Assembly (NCBI GenBank): GCA_015680685.1
Contig: MNCI01002316.1
Span: 96,468 to 160,467, forward strand
Direction: 5' to 3'
Length of the DNA: 64,000 bases
Source of the DNA: Gnetum montanum
Lineage: Eukaryota > Plantae > Gnetophyta
The translations under genes were made by a program, and so were the position numbers. The first letter of the stretch is position 1, and every line of letters begins with the position of its first letter. This document shows positions 1 to 12,400 of the stretch, piece after piece. The notes under the pieces were generated by a model. That model was not told the origin of the DNA. It saw only the letters and a list, made by a program, of their open reading frames with translations, and ran no database searches.

Positions 1-703
1 TATGCGCCATTCGTCAAAAGTCAATGATTGAGATAAGCGCATGGCAAAATGAGGCTAAATGACATGAAAAGTAGAAGGAGCACTTCCGCGATCAGGTGGG
101 GATGTATAAACAAATCCTTGAAAAGGAGATCCATATGGCCAAGGCCCAAATCAACACTATCAGTGCTCAACACACTAATTGGCGGGCCATATTGGACACC
201 TATACCCTCGTCCACCAAGCTGAAGTTAAGAACCGGGACCTATAGATTTAGGACTTGACAGAGTACATGGAGTTGGCAAATCTAAGATATGCCAATCTTG
301 CCATGTTAACAGCAGGGTGCCCGACGTCAAAGCTTGAGCAGCAAGTAGCAACCACCCACATCAAATACGAAGCAGAATTTGCAGAATGCAAAAAGCTAGT
401 GGAGAAACTAGAAGTTGCAAATTCTGAACTTGAGGTGGTAAAAGCTAGCTACCAAGGAAAAAAAGATGTCGCAATAGACTTGGCTTAATGACTAATAGAC
501 TTTCATGAGTACAAGGATAAATCCAGAGCCTATGAGAAGGAACGATGGGTGTTCGTGGCTTGGTATGTAAAGGCCAATCAAATGTCTCCACAAATACCTT
601 GTTTGTGGGAGGTGCCAACTCCGTCAAACGTTGGAACATTAGCATGGATGGCACAAGACCCTTGGACCGAAGAGGAGAAGCTCCAAGCCATACTTCAATG
701 CCA

Positions 704-980
704 NNNNNNNNNNNNNNNNNNNNNNNNNNNNNNNNNNNNNNNNNNNNNNNNNNNNNNNNNNNNNNNNNNNNNNNNNNNNNNNNNNNNNNNNNNNNNNNNN
801 NNNNNNNNNNNNNNNNNNNNNNNNNNNNNNNNNNNNNNNNNNNNNNNNNNNNNNNNNNNNNNNNNNNNNNNNNNNNNNNNNNNNNNNNNNNNNNNNNNNN
901 NNNNNNNNNNNNNNNNNNNNNNNNNNNNNNNNNNNNNNNNNNNNNNNNNNNNNNNNNNNNNNNNNNNNNNNNNNNNNNNN
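704..980. other. Assembly gap (N-run)
   Basis: Run of n characters. Confidence 0.99.
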
Positions 981-1403
981 GACTTGATTACGAGCATTTA
1001 AGTGTGACTACTTGGTAACCCAGTAGCGTACCTAGGATCTGCGCTTGGTAATCCTAGTAGTAGTCATGCACAAAGTCCAAGATGTATATGAATAATCAAG
1101 GAACATATGCTCATCGCACTTAGGCTAGTTTACATTCTCTTACCCTTTCCCTCTTAGCTTAGTTAAAATTATTTTCCATTGCCTTCAGGAGTAGCATTAG
1201 ATTAGGACCACATCATACACCTCACTCTGGACTAAACCATATGTGACAAATATAATACTAGTCCAAGTGGGAAGATAGCGAACTGCAACCTAAGGCTAAC
1301 TATCTAGGTGCCATAACTAGTCCGTCTGCGGAGTTCGACCAGATCACGCGTGAAAATGCTCGTATTCGTATAGTTGAGTGTAGGGGTACCTCGCCACTCA
1401 TCA
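981..1403 (+). mobile_element. 3' part of an LTR of the same Athila-like family (3' or solo LTR; 5' part lost in the N gap)
   Basis: Shares GACTTGATTACGAGCAT, GACTACTTGGTAACCCAG, GTCTGCGGAGTTCGAC and the terminus GTTGAGTGTAGGGGTACCTCGCCACTCATCA with 59971-61078. No PBS follows. Confidence 0.85.
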
Positions 1404-1907
1404 CTTATGCATTTAATGTTTTGTGTGATTTCCTTTAATGCTTTAAGTACATTAAGTAGCAATTAACTAAGCACATAAGTATGACCACTTTGAGCATACA
1501 CTTGATGCTTGGTAATCCTAGTAATGCTTAACATTTGATAACCTAGTAGCACTAAACGTGTTCAGAATATGTACAGAAAGTGGAAACATATGCTTATGTT
1601 AGGATTAGCTAGGTTCAGTTAATTATATTAAATTAGCAATTAAATTACTTCATTCCTTCCATCCTTTGTTTTAAGCACCCAAAACATAAAACATAAAAAT
1701 AATAAAAATCATATGCCTCAATTACACTTAACCACACCTTTGCATATCCCAAGTGTAATTGCGAAGACAACGAATGATTGTTAGAGCAACTTCACTTCCT
1801 AAAGACTAGTGTACCAAAAGACATAGAATCCATGAAATTCGATCAAATTGTGCATGAACGCTTAGTGATTTATATGGTTGAGCGTAGAGATACTCACCCA
1901 CTTATCA
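1404..1907 (+). mobile_element. Older, more diverged LTR remnant of the same family
   Basis: Aligns by eye to about 60685-61078 (e.g. GAAGACAACGAATGATT) and ends GGTTGAGCGTAGAGATACTCACCCACTTATCA. Confidence 0.7.
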
Positions 1908-4659
1908 CTAGTGGTAAGGGTTGGGGTGGAAGGGATGGTGGACCCAGAAAAATATTAATAATGAACAAAGAAAATTCAAAGTAAACATCATTTAAAAATG
2001 GAAAGAAAAAACCTTTTCAATTTTAAGAATTGTTTATCGAGATGTACAACCTTATAATTGATACATTGAAAAAATGAGTGAAGAAAATTAGTTGTTAGTA
2101 GGAAGGAAGATCCTAGTACAAACAAAATTACATTATTTTTCAACATTTATACTTGAACTTAAAATAATAAAATGATTCAAGATAGAGGGTTGTGGCTCAA
2201 TACCAATACTTATATCAAAGCAACAAAGTAGTATTACTTGTGAAAGATCTTCATCTCATCACTTGTTATTGATCTTAACAATGAGTTATTGGCCTAGTGC
2301 TAAGACTCTTAAATTGGAAGCTATGGGAAAGACCTGTGTGTTCCAATTACACTTAGCATCAGTAATCTCTGCAAGGAAGTTTTCCCTTTTTATTATGTGG
2401 ATTCACCATTGGAATTCTCTCTATCCTTAATTGAGAGCTCTTTGCCTCATCTAATTCTATGTCAATCTATTTTGTAACAAGCCCGTCTGTGCGAACATTT
2501 GGTTGTGCCCCAACTTGGGTTTCCTCCTCTAATACTCATTTATTTCTAAGGTGTTTCCCAAGTCTCATTCACGATGCTCTCAATTTTCCCTTTCCTTTAA
2601 CCCTATGACTTATTCAAGTTGTTGTAATTGATGCACCTTTAATTTCAAGTTGTTGTGAGGCTATGGATTTAGCCAAGATCATGACAATGAGTAGTTGAGT
2701 CTAGTGGTGTGCAGTGAGGCATAGTTAAGACCTATTCTTCCAATAATACATGTGCCTTAGCCATTAAAGATGCTTCATGAATTCAGTATTATATAACCCT
2801 AAACAAGTCACTCATGGTTAGGGTCCAAAATTGCTCCATGAATAGAGTATTATATAAGCATATGTGCATAATAAAATAGTAATAAAATAAAAAGATGCAT
2901 GACTAAATGTGCATAATAAAGCATAAATGTGCATAAAAAATAAATATGCATAGCCAAATACTTGTAAAAGTATGATAATTGGCAAAGAAAAAAAAACCTT
3001 CTTGGGGCAATTGGATTTCAACATTTAATCATAAAATATAAAGTAAACCTATNTAATTGGATTTCAACATTTAATCGTAAAATATAAAGTAAACCTATGA
3101 TTGAGCTCTAGTAATAGTAGATTAAAGGATACAAAACTTTAACAAAACATCCTAGCAAGTGGATTACACTCACTTATGTAGGAAACTAGTAACAATAACA
3201 ACAATAATGATAGTGATATAATCATATGATTCAATCAAGGATATTAAAGCTAATTCATTGAAATGAATTTGACAGTATTAAAAAATTAATCATATACACT
3301 AAATTAAATAACTAAACCTTACAATTTCTTGAGTTGTGACACATGGGCTTGATTCTAGTGGGCAATGTTGAGTTATAACTTTTATTTAGACTATATATCT
3401 TAGGGTGTACCTATGTTTCAATTATTTCAAGTTCCAACACTTGTTATTGATTTTACATCAAAAATATTTACCATTAGCTATAACCTTTTTGTCAACACTA
3501 GTTATAATTTTTGAGTTAATAGTATTTTGTCAAATAAGAAAAATTTGCCTTACAAGCTATCTATTAGGGTTGCTTAAAACTTTTTCTAGTTATTATAAAA
3601 ATATATATAGTAGCTTCTATCTTCTTTGAATTCTTTATTACCATTTGATCATTATTATCATTGACATTAACTTTATTTTTCATATCTTCAAATTCATATT
3701 ATTTTTTCTATTTTTAACTTTAACATATTTTTTCTTTTCTTCAAAATATTTTCTCTTAAGAAAAAATGGACAAGCATCACACTAGACGTGTTGGCCTCTT
3801 GGCCAAAACAAGCATTAATTTTGGCCAAGAGGCCAACATGTCTAGCACGATGGGGGGAAGAGGGAGTGAAATTGGTTGTCCTCCACATCACGCACCACAT
3901 GCAGGGGAGCCAAAGAGTCATTGCAAGGGAGCCAAAGAGTCATTGTAGGGGAGCTGAATCTGAAAAGTTAATCAAAAATAGGAACAAAATGGAGAAAGTA
4001 GAATGTGAAGCTTGGAGAGGCACAGTAGGATTTTCATGCTAAAATTCCTAGTGAAGGGAGAGCACCACTTCACGTAGGTGCTCTACGCAGAGCTCACGAG
4101 GGTGCTATAGATGATGGAGGAGAATTCAAATGCATGAGCTCTAGTAACGACGAACAATGACTATTTCTACTCAAATGGCCTCGATCTCAACTGGATGTGG
4201 TAGTAGCCGCATTTGTGTTTCTCGATGTTGCTCAAGGAGTTCAAAAACGTAACCCTAGTTCTTATGCACCTAAGCATGCCAATGATGGCCATCATGTGCA
4301 ACCACACCATGGCAAGCAGAATGTTGTTTGCCATGGTGCACAATTATCGCATCATGCACCATGACCATAGATTTCTGTATAGTAGCAATGTCGACAATAA
4401 CATTGTCATTCCACGTAGCTGTCATTCTTTGCTGAGTTAGCATTGGGGGAGGAAGAGAGCATGTGTCCATTTCTACAAGTTTTGCGTAGGGATGAGCAAG
4501 AATCAGTTACAAGAACACCAATGGACACGTGAAGTTGCAGAAGAAACATGGATGTTGCAATGACATGTTGCAAAAGTGGTGTCTTCAGCAGGAGACAAAC
4601 TGATGCAAGTGGCTATAGAACATTGGATCCTTGGGGGGCAAAGGAGGCCTCCTCTTGCT

Positions 4660-5748
4660 TTAAAAAGCCTATCAAAGATTCCCCTTGCTGTATAAAAAAG
4701 ATAAACATTAATAGTTTTCACATTCCACTCTGTAATTTGAAAGAGGCGCTGAATTTGAAATGTGTAATTTTCTTGCAGATTACAAGCAAGGCTGTGATGC
4801 TAGATTAGATCATCAATTATGTGCAATCTCATCAATTTTGTATTTAGGATTTATTTACTTAGCCATTTCGTAAATGAATAAGGGTCATTGATTTTGTTTC
4901 TCCTTTTCGTCAATTTCTGTTAATGAAACTTGAAGGTCAACCTAAGAATCGACTGCTGATAACTTTCTTCCCAAAGATGTAGGTTTTGTTCTTTGGCTAC
5001 AAAATTGTATCAATAATACCATAAGTTTGTTATGAAGCTCTAAAAGCTTGAATCCTATTTCGATGTCTCTAAACAATTTCTAAGATAACAGTGAACCCAT
5101 ACTTGAAGTAGTCTCTGGCATACTTGCATTTGTTTAATGAAAATTGGCATAAAATGGCATGATTGGATAACTAATTATGGACTTATTTTTTGTTGGGTTG
5201 GTAGATTCTTGAACCAACTAGCATAGCCTTTACCAGTGATGCCGGAATGGACAGAATGGTTAGCTATGCATGTTGTAGCATCTTAAAAGATAGGCTAGTA
5301 ATTCATGGAAAATGTAGCAGAAATCTCTGCTACTCTAAAGAAATCTGTGAATGATAAGTTTTCTCTCATCAATCATTTTGGGGATGCTAAGCTACATCAT
5401 AATGCATCATCCTATTATCTAAGATTTAACCCATCTTTCTTTTGTTAGTTTCAACTTTCAAGGTGATCTAATTAACTTGAAACTTTGCAAATTCCCTTTT
5501 CAAAATCCAAACATTTGGGATGAAGAACTGCAAAATTTACTTCATTCAAGAGTTGCTACCAACATTAATGCATCTTTTCCTACACAACATTTTCATGGTA
5601 AAATTAGTAATACATGACTTGCTTAATTGAGACCTTGCAATAATTGAGATCTTGCAATTATTGTTCTTGAATATTATAATTGTTGAACTAGAGCTTTGTC
5701 ATTGATTCTTCTATAGGCTCATTTCCCACCACAAATGCAAATATTTAA
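4660..5748 (+). pseudogene. bHLH subfamily XII (CIB/BEE/bHLH49-62-78-like) pseudogene with retained introns
   Basis: After acceptor ttgcag: ITSKAVMLD*IINYVQSHQ (4779-4835; family consensus ITGKAVMLDEIINYVQSLQ, with GAG>TAG). Then FLLMKLE...DNFLPKD|gt (4914-4978), QNPNIWDEELQNLLH...QHFHG|gt (5501-5597) and a final exon 5717-5748. Some splice sites are lost and no intact basic region was seen. Confidence 0.78.
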
Positions 5749-6099
5749 CCAAGGACAATCTTCACCGAAGGTGGTGAAAGCAATTTTTCAATTTGATAAT
5801 TTTTGAGTTGCCTGACCATTAGTAACTATCACAACAGCATTCATGGTTCTCTATTTTTTATTTTTTACCCAATTTCATTTATCCCAAGGAAGATGGAGAA
5901 TTTTGCAAATAATTATAGAATCCATGATTTATCACCTCCTAACATTGGAGGTGATTCTAAATCATACAACAGTTAAGAAATATTACTTTTAATTTTTAAT
6001 TTGAAACTTTACTATACTATTTATTGTAAGTATTTGCTAAGGATAATAACAGAAACTCCAAACTTAAATAAAATTAAGGTGAGAATCAATAAAATTAAG

Positions 6100-6801
6100 T
6101 ATGTTCAAAGTTTTTACACAATTGTATATAGCAAAAATTTGCTAAATCAAGTGTGATTTTTATTTGAATAATCATGATTTTTTAATTTATGATTATTTCA
6201 AAGCCATCTGAATTTCCAAAACACTCATTTCCACTTTATCACAGAGTTCCTATTGCACATAGCCTCGTATATTAATTAAGGGACTTTAGGATAGATAGTT
6301 ACATTCCTTTAAACCATAGTTTTCTGATTCAGTGATAAATCATTGATTTAACAATTAGTGGTCAGATCAGAAATTTTTTGCCCCCAACCTAAATTGACTC
6401 AGCATGACTTTTATAATAAACCTTATTTTTAGAAAGAAATCAACAGATTTTGGTATATTTTTGCAACTTTTAAATATAATTTAGCCTAACTTGCCAATTT
6501 ATCGTGATTCTTGAAACATGTCAATTTGACCTATTTCTTAACTATTTAAACATTACTTTAAACTTATCCAATCCTACAAAACACTCACTCACTTCCAACT
6601 CATTACAAAGTTCTTATTAAATATGTTCAAAGTTGTTACACAATTGTATATAGCAAAAATTTGCTGAATTAAGCATGATTTTTACTTGAATTATTATGAT
6701 TTTTTAATTTATGATTATTTCAAAGCCATCGAAATTTGCAAAACACTCATTTCCACTTTATCACATAGTTCCTATTACTCATAGCCTTATATATTAATTA
6801 A
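6100..6801. repeat. About 180-bp direct repeat (6100-6280 and 6622-6801) in AT-rich TE-like DNA
   Basis: TATGTTCAAAGTT.TTACACAATTGTATATAGCAAAAATTTGCT...ATATTAATTAAG is present twice. Confidence 0.85.
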
Positions 6802-7429
6802 GAATAATAAGAAATGGAAAAAAAATTTAATAAGAATAATTTATTTTCAGCCTATTCAACTATGTTGCTACCAACAAGGATAGTGCAAGCCTTGAATCTT
6901 AACATGGCAAACTTGAGTGTTAAGCCATGTGGGTTGATTGATGGATCCCAAAGTCGATGAGGTATGGCTACATTACTTTATTTTTTAGCTTCAATGAGCT
7001 GCATCTTCTCTTTCAAATACAAGCATGCTTATTTGGCACAAAAGGGGGACCCCCTTTTCATTTTGAAAAGGGTTGAAAACTTTAATTTTAAGCTTATGGC
7101 TTGAAGGTTACAACAAAGGTTGTTTCTCCTTTTTCTTACTCTTGTCCTGTGATTGGCTAATCCAGTTTTGGACACTATAACTTTTATTTTAAGCTTATGT
7201 CTATAATTAATATCTATGATTATATTGGCTAAGTTTTATAAAATTAGAAGAATAAGCTAAAAGCACAATGGCTATCATTAAGGTGTCTAGGGTTGGAGAA
7301 AACTTTAAATAGTTCTATTAATATTTTAACAACTTGAACATTTATAACTATGTCCTTTATAATGATAATTGATAACATAAAAACTTTAAAAAATAATTAA
7401 AGTCTACTCATAGCTCGTGAAACCACTCC

Positions 7430-7874
7430 ACTAGCTTATATATATATATCAACTGGCTGAGATGATTTTAAAGAAGAAGATGTTAACCAAGCCTGACTAC
7501 TGGACAAGGTAACAAGATAATTAAAAACAGAATCATTCATCATTTCTTTGTTTCTTTACCACTTACCCAATTTAGTTTTACCCTCTCAGTCAAGTTTGCT
7601 TTGTCTTTGTTTGTCCATGGCATTTTTAAGCATTATTTATGTGAGAGATTTATTTCTCAAAAACGCCATAAACAAACAAAGACAGAGCAAACTTGACTGA
7701 GAGGATAAAACTAAATTGGGTAGGTGGTAGAGAAACAAAGGAGGGATGAGTGATTTTGCTTTTAATTATCTTGTTACCTTATTCGGTAGTCGGGCTTGGT
7801 TAACATCTTCTTCTTTAAAATCATCTCAGCTAATTGATATATATATATATATATATATATATATCTAAGCTAGT
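7430..7874. mobile_element. 445-bp foldback (MITE-like) inverted repeat with (TA)n in both arms
   Basis: About 200-bp arms (7430-7630 vs 7656-7874), about 90% complementary, with a loop of about 25-30 nt. Mismatches are almost all transitions. No clear TSD. Confidence 0.85.
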
Positions 7875-9457
7875 TAAATATCTTTTATGATGGTAAAAGT
7901 TGCAAGAAACAGGAAGATTATAATATGTAATTGGTTGGATATAAGATTTTCCTTATGCTAATAATACCAATTCATTTTTACCATCGAGAATGTTGATTTC
8001 AATAAAAAGACATGTACAAAAATCAAAAGTTATAGAAATAGATTCCATATGCTTAATAGAATCAAGAAGTCTAATAATTTCCTACTCAATTTTCTAAAAA
8101 ATCAATGAAAAATTATATAACGTAACAAAACATGAAACTTTAGCATATTTTTCATATTAGACACCAAAATCTAAAGCTCAATTATGAATGATCAATATTG
8201 CATGCTTATGTATAGAAGACCGTATATCTAGGGCATGCTGCATCATTAAAGCATTGCCTAACTTAAAAAAAAAAAAAGAATAACACCTAGTATGAAGGAC
8301 TTGGATATCATGTTTTTCATCACATCATTTAACTGTGAACTAAAACTTTGATTACAAGGCATGTAATCCAAAATTGGAATAAATACATATTTTGATGAAA
8401 ATTTAACAACTAATGACTAATATACATCATTAGGAAGAACAAAATCAGGTATCTTAGTTACATCATCACTAGAAGAAGATGTTACAACTATTTTATTACC
8501 AACTTATAATTTTGTATTTTGAAAGAAACAAAAATTTTTGCATCAATAAAAGAAGTAGAAATTTCAATTTTTTTATTCTTTTTTTGCTATTTGTTTATTA
8601 TTTCTAATCGATGTATTCTTTTGTCTTTAGAGAGAGTTTTCTCCTTCTTTTTACAAAAAACCCTTTAGTAAGAAGTGAAAACTCATGAGGATGCTTTTGA
8701 ATAAGGATAAAACTTGATCCTTTTACTACTCTAGAGGCGAGGTTTTTCAGAATTGGTTGTAAGGATGAAAACTCGAAAGAACACCTACAAAACCGTTGAG
8801 CTTTTTCTTTAGACTCTCTATTTAATAATTTGATATACTCAGTTTTTTAAATATTATTATTTGTTTTTTAAGAAGTCCAACCCACCCACCCTCTAATTAA
8901 AAAGCTTTCTTATATATCAATGTGGAATGGTACTTTAACGTAGAATGTATTTGTTTTTTTCTTTTTTCTTTGGTTTCAACACTATATATATCGCTTAAAA
9001 TTGGCAAGACAAAATACAAAAATATATTCGTTGTACTCGAGAAACCATCAATTTTTAAAGGTTACTTTTGAACCTTAATTGCCATAAGATTCAAACAAAA
9101 AATTTTAAAACCAAAAACAAACCAAACTACCTTGAGTCACCTGGGCAAAGTTTAAGCTACGAGTTCTACTTCGAATTACTGACCTTTTCTTTTCCAGCGT
9201 TGGAGCAGCCTGGCCTTTATCTGGGTCAGCGAAACGGAGCAGTCGCCTCACAACAATCAAGAATCGGTAAACTTAAATTTGCAGAAAACAAGAAACCATG
9301 GGCACTTGTGTGTTTGGTGCTTGCTTTATGGTCCTTTTGGGATGTGATCATCATGATAAAACGAAAACATTGCCCAAAATTGGTGATTTTTGCTAAGACA
9401 CGGACGCTGAAGCAGATCAAAGATCGTAAGAGAGTTCTACAAATCCGATAGTGCAAG

Positions 9458-12400
9458 ATGATGTCTATGTACTTGTTTATGCTCCTCTCAGTGTTCTTTG
9501 CTTCTGTTGAAAGCTTCCACCCGGTAAGAAACTGTACTTTATTTGTATTCCGTCTTCATTTCTTTCCGTTGGGACCGTGAATCCACTTCATCAATTATTA
9601 AGTGTGCGAAAAGGGAGCTCTCCTCTTGCGCACAAATTTGGAGGTCAAAACTTGACAGTGTTCCGATCACTATATTAAAATTGATAAGAAAATTAAAACA
9701 AAAATTGTGTAAACATATGCTTTAATTCGTTTTTTTTTTTTTTTTTTGAATTCTAGAAGTAGGCCTCCTCGATTATTCATACGAATGTCTGCGAATACTG
9801 CTACCCAAATTCTCCTTTTTAAACTGTCATAAGTAATAACCATGCTGCTTCCATAACTGGGAAAAATCCACGCATAATTTCCTGTACCCATGTTTTTTAT
9901 ATGTATTCTTTAAAAGTAGAACAATGCCTTGATAGACATTCTTTGATGATCTATTGGAATTGCTTCACTAGATATCATAGATTATTGGATCTTGAGTCAG
10001 CAGTCAGAGGTGATCGAATCCATTTGTTGAATATATTGATGGTATCAGTTTTTTACAGCTAACTCTAGCACTTTGTAAATATCTGAATTCATCAAAGTTT
10101 TATCAACGAAACATTCATAAGCTGTGAACAATAATTCAGATATTGTTAGATTTTTGACAATGATATTGCAAAATGTATAATTTTTAACTTCATTTCTGCA
10201 AATATTACTACAGTAAATGCTCTATTGAAGTCTGCACACTCAAATGAAATCGACAAGCAAATGAAACAAAAACATTTTTGAAAATATTTTCATATAATTA
10301 ATATTCTCGTTCAAGAGAGAAATTATTAGTTAATGTTTCAATATGGGATTAGTTAAAATGTGTATGATCTAGATGGAAATATTGTGTGCATGTGCATCAC
10401 ACTTATATATTATTAATTTTTTGTAAAATTTTCCTTTTTGATTGGCCAAGAGGCCAACTATGAGCCCTGTCCAAGGGAGTCCTTTTAGGTCGCAGTAAAA
10501 TAATTTAATAATTTTACCATCGTAATGGTGAAGGCCAGTTACCAGCCAGTTGGACTTTGTCAATGTAAATAAATAGTTATGATCATAATGCTTGGCTAAG
10601 AGATAACTTTTCAATAGAATTATTATTTTAATTAAGATAATGTACATTGGTTTTGATTTTTGTTTTCAATGTGAAAATCAATTCTAGTGAAACAATTTGA
10701 TATTTTATTAATTTGAAAAATATAAAAGATTCTCTCAGCCTAATAATAGATTTATATAATAAATATATAGCTAAACTAGTTTTAATATTCTTAAGGAGCA
10801 TTTTGTGTAAAGAGGTTTAATTATGTTGAAAAATGTCATCATCTTCTTCAGAATCCATGTTTTAGCAATGACAACAAATCATTGCATGAGAAAAAATAAT
10901 TATACAAATGTTGATTAAAAAACCAAATGCATTCAAAAGTAATGGATAGCTTGTATCAAGTTGGAAAGAAATATACAATAATTTTATTTTTTGGCTTTGC
11001 TTAGAGATAGTCAGTTCATGCTTATCAGATAATTGTTTTTCATGCAGTATTGTTATCTTTTTAGTGTTTTGTTTTCTATTAATTTTTGGTGTATGGTATT
11101 TGATCATATTCTTTTTCTGCATCAAATGCTTAAAATCATGTTCACATTAACTGATGCCTTTTTTTCCTTTTTGTTTTTTTTTTGTTTTCTCTCTTTCCTT
11201 TTGATTCAGGGTTCACAGGAATATGTCGCTATGAGGTATGGACTATTAAAAAGGCTTAAATAATGTAATAAAGTTAAGTATATTTTACACAAGTGATTCT
11301 AGGAACATGATTTACATGAACAAAAATGCATAAGTAGGTGAACATGTTAGGCTGTTGAATTCCTTTTAAAGGAAAACATGACCATCTGAGTTGGCTTTTG
11401 CAATTTGGTTACATAATAAAGTGATCATTTATGTACAGTCCATTTGCAAAGGAAATTAAAACTATTTATCATTGCTCATCTGTGCCTATTCTAAATTTAT
11501 TACTTAAGGAAGCATTTATATTTTTACAAGATATCATATTTATTTGAAACAAATAATAATATGTATTCCTTAAGTAAATTAATTACAAAAATTCCTTTTT
11601 TAAATAGCAAAATACACAACAAATTCAACGTTTTGAGAGTATGTTAGCCTCATCTCTTTTTCTTTCCTGCCGTGCTCAACATTTATCTCTTTTTTTAGTT
11701 TTTTTTTTTACTACTTCTATGACTGTTTGTTTCTTTAAAGGTTGCAACAGGAAAAAAATGCCCAACTTGAAACTTACTGTTCAAGGGAAAGAAGTAGAAT
11801 AGCTTGGAATATAATTGAGGAGGTGAGTGCCAGAGTTTAATGAAATCAGTAGTTGTCCATGAACCAATATCAGACATGGTGATATTTTTGGTAACATATT
11901 TTATTTTTTGTGATAGTACTTGATGTCTTTTGTTGAAGAAGAAGGCTACAATATCCCGAAAACATGTAGACTTCATCCAGAAAATGATATGTTTAGGGAA
12001 CAGGAGAGTCATAAACTCCATCTCCAAGCTAATGAATGGCAATGTGGCTACTGCAAGAAAATATTTCTTTCAGAGAAGTTCCTTGATCAACACTTTGATA
12101 ATCGACATTCAAATCTGCTTGATATTGTAAGTTGATTTTAATTTCTATAGGATTTATGTCTTAAGATTGCTATACTGATTTAGCTTTTTTATTTGAACAT
12201 GTAAAAGCTAGCCTGCTGTATATCAAAATTTAGCCATATTATTTGTGAAAAATAGGACTAGATTATCTTTGTCATATTCCTCGTAGCTTGTCAATTGGAT
12301 TCTGCCTTTGTCTGATCAACCAAACCAAAAATACAATCTGTTTCTTTTAAAAAAGTTTTTGAAGTAGCTGCTTATTGCATTTTTTTGGCATTCACGTCAA

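Noticed and set aside
545-1018. ORFs of 100-157 aa spanning 545-1018
   Set aside because: They are open only because they cross the N-run.
3009-3098. 44-bp direct repeat
   Set aside because: The copies sit on either side of a single N at 3053, which is typical of unmerged contig overlap.
9068-9451. 127-aa ORF, and a possible uORF at 9298-9396, upstream of the C2H2 gene
   Set aside because: Non-ATG start and no recognisable motifs. The uORF depends on a TSS I cannot locate.
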